A stretch of 64,000 nt of DNA from Anolis carolinensis (taxonomy: Eukaryota). The position numbers were made by a program, and so were the translations under genes. Under the pieces are notes generated by a model. That model worked only from the letters and a program-made list of their open reading frames with translations, was not told where the DNA came from and searched no databases. Position 1 is the stretch's first letter, and every line of letters begins with the position of its first letter. Where the stretch lies: the NCBI RefSeq assembly GCF_035594765.1, contig NC_085842.1:154269036-154333035 (forward strand), in the 5' to 3' direction. Of this stretch, positions 13,002 to 21,456 are shown piece by piece.

Positions 13002-15035
13002 TGAGAACTGAAATGGTTGACTTACCTGGTAAATTGTGATAAGAACTGTGATAGTGATAAGGGAAATGTTTACAACTGTTAAGAAGGAAGTCAACACAAG
13101 GCTTATCTTTGCCAACACCAATCAATAAGAATCAACATCTGGCCAGGAAACTGAGATGGAGCCAGGATATTCCAGGATGGAAGACATCTATCATTAATTT
13201 ACAACTTTGGGACAATATCAGCAAAATATTGCTATATAAGTGACCTTATGACAATCCAGAAATTGTGACAGACAGAGATGCTGTTCAGCTGCTATGTTCT
13301 GCTCCATTGGGAAGGAGAGGAATAGTGTACCTTTGGAAGTGTCAGATCTGCCATGGGAAAGCAGGATTCTGTACACTTGCATTTTTTCTTGAAGGAAGAG
13401 GAAGGAGTGCATTTTGGTGTCATGGTATATGTTGCAGGGAGTCAGTTCTTCTATAGGGAAAGCAGGATTCTGATCCTTGGCATTGTTCTTAGGGGAAAAG
13501 GATGCATTTTGGAGTTTTGAAGTTTTCATGTTTTGACATTTTGGAACTATGGGTTGGCAGGCTGCAGAAGAAGCAGGGGCCTAAGCAGGTGCTTCTCCAA
13601 GGAGGGAGAAAACAATATGGTAATATTTGTATGCATGAGGATGAATGCATGAATATGTGCATGAATGCTGAGTGAAAATGTAACCACCTTTTTTTTTGTT
13701 TGTTTGTTAGCCAATGTAGTTGCATAGAATCTATATGTCTGTATGTGTAAATGTTATTCTGTAAAATTCCTCATATATCCTCTCACACTGAAATTGCAAT
13801 AAAAGAACCTATGTTTTAAAGTTATTGAAAAGTTATTCATATCAGGTGTTACCAATTGGAGTTTTGGATAATCAATTATTTGGATTTAAAAACCAGTGAG
13901 ATATCATTAGAAAATGGCACCTTCCTAACAGGGTTGCTTTTTTGTGCTGTTGTGATTTTTATCTATGGCAATTTCATCCAGGTGTTTTGTTAGGTTGTAT
14001 GGAATTTGGAATCTGCACAAGAATATTTATCCTCTATAAGTTGTCATTAACACTGACTGCATAGTCTACTAGGAGTCACTGACTTGTGTTTTGAATCATC
14101 AGATTCCATCCAAAAATCTAGAAATCAGTGTGGCACATTGTTGTTGTTTCATTCATATTCTGCCTTTTCCCAAAAACTCTAGCAAGATTCCAAACCCATC
14201 AGCTTCCACCTGAATTATGTAGCTGATAACTGGAAGAGATAGATTTTGACTTTTCCTGGAGCTAAGTGCCTGCAGCAAAAAAGTTCTTGTTTCGGGTAAA
14301 GTTTTGCCATCATTTTTTTAAAAAAGAAATCCCACTCACTTCATGCAGGAGTCCAAGCATGCCTAAAGTAGTTCTTTGGATCCTGGCCATTTGAAGTAAC
14401 CAATTAGCTTTGGTCCTCTGATTTTTGATATATTTCCCAGGTGGCTTTTTGGAGGGCTCAGCAAACTGCCAGCCTCTGGTTTAGTACATGAGGTGCCGCC
14501 TCTTAAGCTCCATCCAGAGTGTTAACTATAAACCAAGTGGAACCCACACATCCTGTGATCGATGTTATTGTGAGTTGCGCTCAACCCAAGAGCTGTTATT
14601 GTAAGTCAAATTCCATTAAACACGGTGGATTTCAGCGTCAAATGGGATGAAAACAAAAGCACCATTCTGAACTTCAACCCTATAAAAAGGAAAGGTACCA
14701 GATATATTTAAACAAATACCCACAAAATGCTCATAAACTAAACAGCTGTGTGGAAACTATGTACATCTTTAACTCAAGTTCCTCCGATTTCAAGAGAAGA
14801 GAAATGGGGCTTACCCAATTCCATGAAACAGCTTCATTGGCCACAGGCCTCCTATTAATTAGGTGAAGCAGCAATGATTACAAAGTTTGGCCTCTATTTT
14901 GGAGGTGTTATTGGCTACCCTTTGCCCATGGTGTCTCCTCATGTTCAAGCAATGGCCTTATGGATCAGAGATTTCATAAATCTGTTCTCATATCCTTCCA
15001 ATAAATATTCTTCCCGGGCTGTTTAGTAGAATTGT

Positions 15036-16008
15036 TGTGATGAACCATGGGCCTTGTAGTCCTGCTCAGGACATTGTAATCCCTGATGAAGATGAAAACT
15101 TGGGTTTTTTACCTTCCCAGTCTGAACTGGATTCCTCTCAGCCAGATCCTTCCCAGGCAGATCTGGAAACCTTGCACCTGCAAGAAAGTTGTGCCCCAGA
15201 AGTATGTCAAACAACCCCAGAGCCTACTTCTCCCGTGTTCTTGCGCCGGGAGTTTTGTAAACAACAGAGAAGTTTGGATTCAGCTTCGCGCAGGAGTGCG
15301 AGGATAGCAGCTAAGAATGTTGCCAATTAACATTGGTTCTCGTGAGAATCTTTAAGGAGTTTAACATCTGGTCTCAGAGTTTAGCTTTCGTTTCTGATTC
15401 CCAGAGAACCGCTTTGGTGAGAAAGTTGGACTCTATATAGGTGTTTTGCCCGCGTAGCAACTTCGCGGAGTCAATTCGTCAGCCTACGGAGCGAGTTGTG
15501 TCTGGACAGCGCGCTCCGATTCAAGCCTCGCTTCAGCTCAAGCCTTGCCTTGCTATCCAGCCTTCGCCTTGCTTCCCAGCCTTTGTTTACCTACGGACTT
15601 TGCCTTGTTTCCCAGGACTAATCCTTGCCTTGTTTCACGGATTTTACCAAGTTATTCCACGGACCTTGTTCTTGTTCTTAGTTACCTTGTTCCACGTTCA
15701 AGCCTTGTTTCAAGTATCAAGTTATTTTCTAGCCACGCTCAAGTTTTATGGACTAAAGGACCTTGTCATCTCCCCTCACTTTGCTTGGCAAAGTGAGTGT
15801 TTCGGTTATTGGATTACAACTTTGGACCTTAATATTTCTTATTGGACATTGCTTTTTGGACTAATTCTGACCTTTCCTGAAGGGTCTAATTCTGGACTAT
15901 TTTCTATACTTGTTTTTATTAACTTTATATATTCCTTCAATAAAGATATTAGTTAGATTCTGGTCTCTGTGTATGGTTATTGGTGCCTCTGCCGCCTGGG
16001 TCGTGACA
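15036..16008 (+). repeat. 5' LTR
   Basis: TGTGATG...GTGACA; no difference from 20484-21456 seen by eye, and overlapping ORF translations are identical in several frames (offset 5448). Confidence 0.97.
15434..15474 (+). promoter_or_regulatory. LTR TATA box and predicted transcription start (~15465)
   Basis: TATATA at 15434-15439; 31 nt downstream begins GCGGAGTCAA, the exact complement of the PBS. Confidence 0.7.
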
Positions 16009-16010
16009 GT

Positions 16011-16020
16011 TTGACTCCGC
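16011..16020 (+). promoter_or_regulatory. Primer-binding site, self-priming type
   Basis: TTGACTCCGC 2 nt after the LTR; lacks the TGG of a tRNA-CCA PBS; reverse complement of 15465-15474. Confidence 0.8.
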
Positions 16021-16051
16021 CACCCATAAGCACCAACTAACCGAGGCCAGG

Positions 16052-17038
16052 ATGTCTACCGGAGCCGCGCCGGCTGGACAGCCGCTCAGCTACACCATCA
16101 GCAAGGACGAAGTGGACCGCATCCGTGACAGACTCAACGCGCAGGATGGAGAAATAAAAGGGTTGAGGGAGCGCGGAGTTCGCCTCCCGGCCATGGCGTT
16201 GCCTACCAAGTTTTCTGGAGAAGCTGCTAAGGTTCATGTTTTCCGCCGCCAATGTCAAGCTTATCTAGAGGCCCGTGATGCCGAGTTTCCCCAAGAAGAC
16301 ATCAAGGTGGCGTGGGTCTACAGTCTTCTAGATGGACCAGCGGCTAGCTGGGCGACGGCCCTGTTTGATCAAGCCTCCCCCCACCTAAATTCAGCACAAC
16401 GCTTCTTGGATCACCTTAAGGAGACCTGGGGAATCGAGGACAATTTGGAGGCAGCCGGTCACAAACTCCGGCGCCTCCTTCAAGGAGACAGACCCATGTC
16501 TCAGTACATAGCCGAGTTCCGCGTGCTGGCCCACAACACCGGCTGGAACGATGTAGCCCTCAGAGGACAATTTCGGGAGGGTCTCAACATTGAAATGCTG
16601 GAAGAAATCTCCAAGGTGGATCCTCCCCAGACCCTCGAGGCACTCATTGATCAATGTTTACGGGCTGAAGTCATGATTGCCAACAGGAAACAATGGGTTC
16701 GAGGCCAGGGCGGTAGAGCCGGGGCAAAACCCCCCGCTCCCGCCAGTGTTCAGCCACGTCCGGTGTGGAGACCCCCGCCGCCAACCCCATACCCCAGAGG
16801 AGGCGAGGAGGTGCCGATGCAGTTGGGCAATGTGCGTCCCAGACTAGATGCCGCCGAGAAGGCCCGTCGTCAACGCTTGAACCTCTGCTGGTACTGCGGG
16901 AACGGGGGCCATTTCGCCAGAGAGTGCCCAGCCAAAGGGAAGCCTGCCGCCCGTCTTGCGGCGGCGTCCTCCACGGAGTCGAAGGCGTCTGAGCCGACTG
17001 GCACACAGCCGGCGGGGGAAGCCAACGACCGGGTGTAG
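16052..17038 (+). CDS. gag: Gag (retrotransposon capsid plus CCHC zinc knuckle), sushi/PEG10-related
   Basis: 328-aa intact ORF; PTKFSG..FRRQC, LDGPAASWA, MHR-like LLQGDRPMSQYIAEF, EVPMQLG, CWYCGNGGHFAREC. Confidence 0.95.
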   Translation: MSTGAAPAGQPLSYTISKDEVDRIRDRLNAQDGEIKGLRERGVRLPAMALPTKFSGEAAKVHVFRRQCQAYLEARDAEFPQEDIKVAWVYSLLDGPAASWATALFDQASPHLNSAQRFLDHLKETWGIEDNLEAAGHKLRRLLQGDRPMSQYIAEFRVLAHNTGWNDVALRGQFREGLNIEMLEEISKVDPPQTLEALIDQCLRAEVMIANRKQWVRGQGGRAGAKPPAPASVQPRPVWRPPPPTPYPRGGEEVPMQLGNVRPRLDAAEKARRQRLNLCWYCGNGGHFARECPAKGKPAARLAAASSTESKASEPTGTQPAGEANDRV

Positions 17039-17078
17039 AGAGGCTCGCCAACCCGGTCAAAAAATCCATCCAAGAGCC
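17014..17078 (+). promoter_or_regulatory. Putative -1 ribosomal frameshift signal (slippery site plus H-type pseudoknot)
   Basis: pol is in the -1 frame and overlaps gag only over 16993-17038; G_GGG_GAA, 6-nt spacer, stem1 GACCGGGT/ACCCGGTC, stem2 GGCTC/GAGCC. Confidence 0.65.
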
Positions 17079-17103
17079 GCCAACCGGGGTCCTGTTCCTT
17101 CTC

Positions 17104-20100
17104 GTGGTCACATTATGGTCAGCAAAAAGGGGACCCGTCATGATCCACGCCATGATAGACTCTGGAGCTACCAACAATTTCATCGATAGAGAGTATGCCG
17201 ACTCTCTGGGATTACAATATCATGATTTCAAGAATGCCCGTGTGGTGCAAGCCATAGACGGCCGTCCCCTCAAGACGGGCCCCGTAAGCCAGTGGTCGGA
17301 ACCCACCAGGATGTGGATAAGGGAACATATGGAAGAGATTTCCTTCTTTGTTACCGAGGTTCCCCATTTCCCTGTGATTTTGGGAATTCCATGGCTGACA
17401 CTCCACGACCCTAACATCTCCTGGTCCAACAGAGAACTGCAGTTTGCTTCACCGTACTGCCAAAACCATTGCCTCGTAGCCAAGGTATGCCATGCCACAG
17501 ACTCCGAGCCCATCATCACCTTGCCAAAGAAGTACTCCGAGTATTGGGATGTATTCAATGAGAAAGAAGCCGAAAAATTACCCCCACATAGACCTTATGA
17601 CTGTGCCATTGACTTGGTGGAGGGGGCCCCGATCCCGCGAGGGCATCTCTACTCCCTGACTGAACCAGAGCAAGAAGCTCTCAGGGAATTCTTAGAGACA
17701 AACCTTCGCAAGGGGTTCATCAGACCCTCTCAATCCCCAGCCGCCTCCCCAGTGATGTTTGTGAAGAAGAAGTCAGGGGAATTACGCTTGGTGGTGGACT
17801 ACAGAGCATTGAACAATATCACCAAGCGGAACAGCTATCCCCTGCCCTTAATCTCGGATCTACTGGACCGACTTCGAGGAGCCAAGGTCTACACCAAGCT
17901 GGATCTTCGGGGGGCTTATAATCTAGTTCGCATCAGAGAAGGGGACGAGTGGAAGACCGCCTTCCAGACTAAATTCGGATTATTCGAGTCCCGAGTTATG
18001 AATTTCGGTTTATGCGGAGCTCCCGCAACGTTCCAGCATTTTGTCAACGATATTTTTCAGGACTATCTAGACAGATTCTTGATAATCTACCTGGACGATT
18101 TTTTGGTGTTTTCCAGATCACAATCAGAACATGAGAACCACGTCAAAATGGTGTTGCAACGATTGCGGGATCATGGACTTTATGCCAAGCTAGAAAAATG
18201 CGCTTTTGATCTACAAGAGGTAGATTTCCTTGGCTACCGCATCTCGCCTCTAGGGCTTTCCATGGATCCAGCCAAAGTTTCAGCAGTATTGGAATGGCGG
18301 GCGCCAACTAACAAGAAAGAGGTGCAGCGTTTCTTGGGGTTCGCGAACTACTACCGCAAGTTCATTCCAGATTTTGCCCGCTGGTCCGACCCCATCACTA
18401 GCTGCATCCGTGGAAAGCAGCCTTTCCGCTGGACTGATCAAGCAGAGAAAGGGTTCCAGCAACTGAAGAAACTATTCACCTCCCAGCCAATTCTACAGCA
18501 CCCAAATCCTGGAACCCCTTTTGTGGTGCAAGCGGACGCCTCTGATGTGGCAATTGGGGCTGTACTCTTACAACCGGTGGGAGATCACCTCCATCCCTGT
18601 GCCTTTTATTCTCGTCAACTAACCACACCAGAGAGGAATTACACCATTTGGGAAAAAGAACTACTGGCCATAAAGGCAGCCTTTGAAACTTGGAGACATT
18701 GGCTAGAAGGGGCCAAATTCCCCATTGAAGTCCACACTGATCATCGTAATCTAGAACATCTAAGAACTGCCCGCAAACTAAATCAGAGGCAGCAACGTTG
18801 GGCTTTATTCTTTGAACGTTTCAACTTCCAGATCCATTATGTGACCCCAGCTCAAACCAAGCAAGCAGACGCCCTGTCACGTAAACCGGAATACGCTGCA
18901 GGACGCAAGGAGACCTTTGAATCCCAACTGCTACAACCTGAGAACTTTGCCACGCTCACAGTGGGGAACACCAAATCCAGTCCCATTGGTTCAACTTCTC
19001 CTACTCCAGGACCCATCTGTGCTCAAGAAATCAGGGCTAGTCAGCAAGCAGATGCCTGGGCGCAGGACCAACTTCGCCAAGGTCTGCATTTTCCCTTTTC
19101 GCTTAAAGATGGGCTGCTCTGCTATAGAAATCATGTTTATATCCCACCCGGACCGGGCAGGGAAAAAGCGCTTCGTCTGTGTCATGACTGCAAACCAGCA
19201 GGACACTTCGGACTATTTAAAACCATGCATTTGATCCTAAGAGATTTTTGGTGGCCCAAGATCCGCAAGGATGTGGAAAAATATGTCAACACCTGCCCAG
19301 TATGCCAGCGCTCCAAGATACGAAGGGAGAAGCCCTCAGGGCTTTTACACCCCCTTCCTACCCCATCTCGCCCATGGGAAATAATTTCCGCGGATTTCAT
19401 CACTGACCTACCACCTTCCTGTGGATTCACCACGATCTTAGTGGTGGTGGACCTATTCACCAAGTTAGCCCATTTCATTCCCTGCGAAGGCCTCCCCACG
19501 GCCAAAGAAACTGCGGATCTATTTCTTCAGCATGTTTTCAGACTACATGGATTGCCCAAGAGTTTAGTCACAGACCGTGGATCTCAATTCACCTCTCGTT
19601 TTTGGAAGGCACTGCAAAAACTACTGGGCATAGACTCTCGCTTATCTTCAGCTCATCATCCCCAAACAGATGGGCAAACGGAGCGCACCAATGCCACTTT
19701 GGAGCAGTATCTTCGCTGTTATGTAAACTACCAACAGGACAATTGGGCTTCTCTGTTACCACTGTCTGAGTTTGCCTACAATAATGGAGTTCAAGCTTCT
19801 ACAAAAGAAACGCCGTTCTTTGCAAACTACGGTTTCCATCCACGTTTCTTTCCCCCTGTCATTGAAACTTCAGAAGTTCCCGCAGCAGAGGATTGGCTGC
19901 AGGAACTCACAGCGGTGCAACAACTTTTGCTCCAGCAACTGGACCAAGCCAAGGAGGACTATAAACGCCACGCTGACAAACACCGCCAGCCGGGCCCCGA
20001 AATCAAGGTAGGAGATCGGGTATTTCTGTCCACTCGCTTCCTGCCCTCCCACCGCCCATGCCGGAAGTTAGATGCCCGCTTCATTGGCCCCTATCCAGTG

Positions 20101-20778
20101 GTGGCGCAATTAAACCCCGTGACTTTCAAACTCCAACTTCCGCGTTCAATGCGCATTCACCCAGTGTTTCACCGTTCCCTGCTCCTTCCGGCGGATGGTG
20201 TGCGTCCTGATACAGACCAACCGGCCCCCCCTCCTGTTTTGATGAATGGGGAGGAGGAGTTCGAGGTTGAGGACATTTTGGATTCTCGCTTTCATCGCCG
20301 CCGCCTACAATATCTCATTGACTGGGTGGGTTTTGGGCCTGAGGAACGCTCTTGGGAAGACGCCTCCACAGTCCATGCTCCTGATCTAACCCGTCGCTTC
20401 CATCTGACCTATCCCACCAAACCGCGACCTCGCGCCTCGGGGAGAGGACCCCAGTTTGGGAGGGGCCCTGAGGAGGGGGATAGTGTGATGAACCATGGGC
20501 CTTGTAGTCCTGCTCAGGACATTGTAATCCCTGATGAAGATGAAAACTTGGGTTTTTTACCTTCCCAGTCTGAACTGGATTCCTCTCAGCCAGATCCTTC
20601 CCAGGCAGATCTGGAAACCTTGCACCTGCAAGAAAGTTGTGCCCCAGAAGTATGTCAAACAACCCCAGAGCCTACTTCTCCCGTGTTCTTGCGCCGGGAG
20701 TTTTGTAAACAACAGAGAAGTTTGGATTCAGCTTCGCGCAGGAGTGCGAGGATAGCAGCTAAGAATGTTGCCAATTAA
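17104..20778 (+). CDS. pol: Pol polyprotein: protease, reverse transcriptase, RNase H, integrase, chromodomain, LTR-encoded tail (frame open from 16993, probably made as Gag-Pol)
   Basis: AMIDSGA; KLDLRGAY, FGLCGAP, YLDD; DASD, EKELLA, TDH; H..GH..C..C, DFI/TDRG/ERTN, GPY; FEVEDIL..YLIDWVGF..SWE; no stops in 1224 codons. Confidence 0.97.
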   Translation: MVTLWSAKRGPVMIHAMIDSGATNNFIDREYADSLGLQYHDFKNARVVQAIDGRPLKTGPVSQWSEPTRMWIREHMEEISFFVTEVPHFPVILGIPWLTLHDPNISWSNRELQFASPYCQNHCLVAKVCHATDSEPIITLPKKYSEYWDVFNEKEAEKLPPHRPYDCAIDLVEGAPIPRGHLYSLTEPEQEALREFLETNLRKGFIRPSQSPAASPVMFVKKKSGELRLVVDYRALNNITKRNSYPLPLISDLLDRLRGAKVYTKLDLRGAYNLVRIREGDEWKTAFQTKFGLFESRVMNFGLCGAPATFQHFVNDIFQDYLDRFLIIYLDDFLVFSRSQSEHENHVKMVLQRLRDHGLYAKLEKCAFDLQEVDFLGYRISPLGLSMDPAKVSAVLEWRAPTNKKEVQRFLGFANYYRKFIPDFARWSDPITSCIRGKQPFRWTDQAEKGFQQLKKLFTSQPILQHPNPGTPFVVQADASDVAIGAVLLQPVGDHLHPCAFYSRQLTTPERNYTIWEKELLAIKAAFETWRHWLEGAKFPIEVHTDHRNLEHLRTARKLNQRQQRWALFFERFNFQIHYVTPAQTKQADALSRKPEYAAGRKETFESQLLQPENFATLTVGNTKSSPIGSTSPTPGPICAQEIRASQQADAWAQDQLRQGLHFPFSLKDGLLCYRNHVYIPPGPGREKALRLCHDCKPAGHFGLFKTMHLILRDFWWPKIRKDVEKYVNTCPVCQRSKIRREKPSGLLHPLPTPSRPWEIISADFITDLPPSCGFTTILVVVDLFTKLAHFIPCEGLPTAKETADLFLQHVFRLHGLPKSLVTDRGSQFTSRFWKALQKLLGIDSRLSSAHHPQTDGQTERTNATLEQYLRCYVNYQQDNWASLLPLSEFAYNNGVQASTKETPFFANYGFHPRFFPPVIETSEVPAAEDWLQELTAVQQLLLQQLDQAKEDYKRHADKHRQPGPEIKVGDRVFLSTRFLPSHRPCRKLDARFIGPYPVVAQLNPVTFKLQLPRSMRIHPVFHRSLLLPADGVRPDTDQPAPPPVLMNGEEEFEVEDILDSRFHRRRLQYLIDWVGFGPEERSWEDASTVHAPDLTRRFHLTYPTKPRPRASGRGPQFGRGPEEGDSVMNHGPCSPAQDIVIPDEDENLGFLPSQSELDSSQPDPSQADLETLHLQESCAPEVCQTTPEPTSPVFLRREFCKQQRSLDSASRRSARIAAKNVAN
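20470..20483 (+). promoter_or_regulatory. Polypurine tract
   Basis: GAGGAGGGGGATAG immediately before the 3' LTR. Confidence 0.85.
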
Positions 20779-21456
20779 CATTGGTTCTCGTGAGAATCTT
20801 TAAGGAGTTTAACATCTGGTCTCAGAGTTTAGCTTTCGTTTCTGATTCCCAGAGAACCGCTTTGGTGAGAAAGTTGGACTCTATATAGGTGTTTTGCCCG
20901 CGTAGCAACTTCGCGGAGTCAATTCGTCAGCCTACGGAGCGAGTTGTGTCTGGACAGCGCGCTCCGATTCAAGCCTCGCTTCAGCTCAAGCCTTGCCTTG
21001 CTATCCAGCCTTCGCCTTGCTTCCCAGCCTTTGTTTACCTACGGACTTTGCCTTGTTTCCCAGGACTAATCCTTGCCTTGTTTCACGGATTTTACCAAGT
21101 TATTCCACGGACCTTGTTCTTGTTCTTAGTTACCTTGTTCCACGTTCAAGCCTTGTTTCAAGTATCAAGTTATTTTCTAGCCACGCTCAAGTTTTATGGA
21201 CTAAAGGACCTTGTCATCTCCCCTCACTTTGCTTGGCAAAGTGAGTGTTTCGGTTATTGGATTACAACTTTGGACCTTAATATTTCTTATTGGACATTGC
21301 TTTTTGGACTAATTCTGACCTTTCCTGAAGGGTCTAATTCTGGACTATTTTCTATACTTGTTTTTATTAACTTTATATATTCCTTCAATAAAGATATTAG
21401 TTAGATTCTGGTCTCTGTGTATGGTTATTGGTGCCTCTGCCGCCTGGGTCGTGACA
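20484..21456 (+). repeat. 3' LTR (AATAAA at 21387-21392)
   Basis: Direct repeat of 15036-16008, followed by the TSD ATTGT. Confidence 0.97.

Larger units (their letters stand above)
15036..21456 (+). mobile_element. Full-length Ty3/Gypsy LTR retrotransposon (chromovirus, Tf1/sushi group)
   Basis: Two 973-bp direct repeats with TG...CA ends, 5-bp TSD ATTGT (15031-15035, 21457-21461), gag, PR-RT-RH-IN-chromodomain order, PPT; no env. Confidence 0.98.

Noticed and set aside
15540-15770. CRISPR-like or regular repeat-spacer array
   Set aside because: Motifs are only 5-8 bp, irregularly spaced and in a eukaryotic LTR; no cas genes.
15441-15956. 171-aa hydrophobic ORF in each LTR as a possible env-like or accessory gene
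   Set aside because: GTG start upstream of the predicted TSS, no internal Met, no signal peptide or furin/fusion motifs; openness and hydrophobicity are explained by the T/C-rich CCTTG repeats.
16009-16030. Conventional tRNA primer-binding site
   Set aside because: No TGG complementary to the tRNA CCA end; the sequence instead matches the LTR internally.
16052-20778. Domesticated PEG10/RTL-like host gene
   Set aside because: Flanked by matching LTRs and a TSD with complete RT/RH/IN, so it is a transposon copy.
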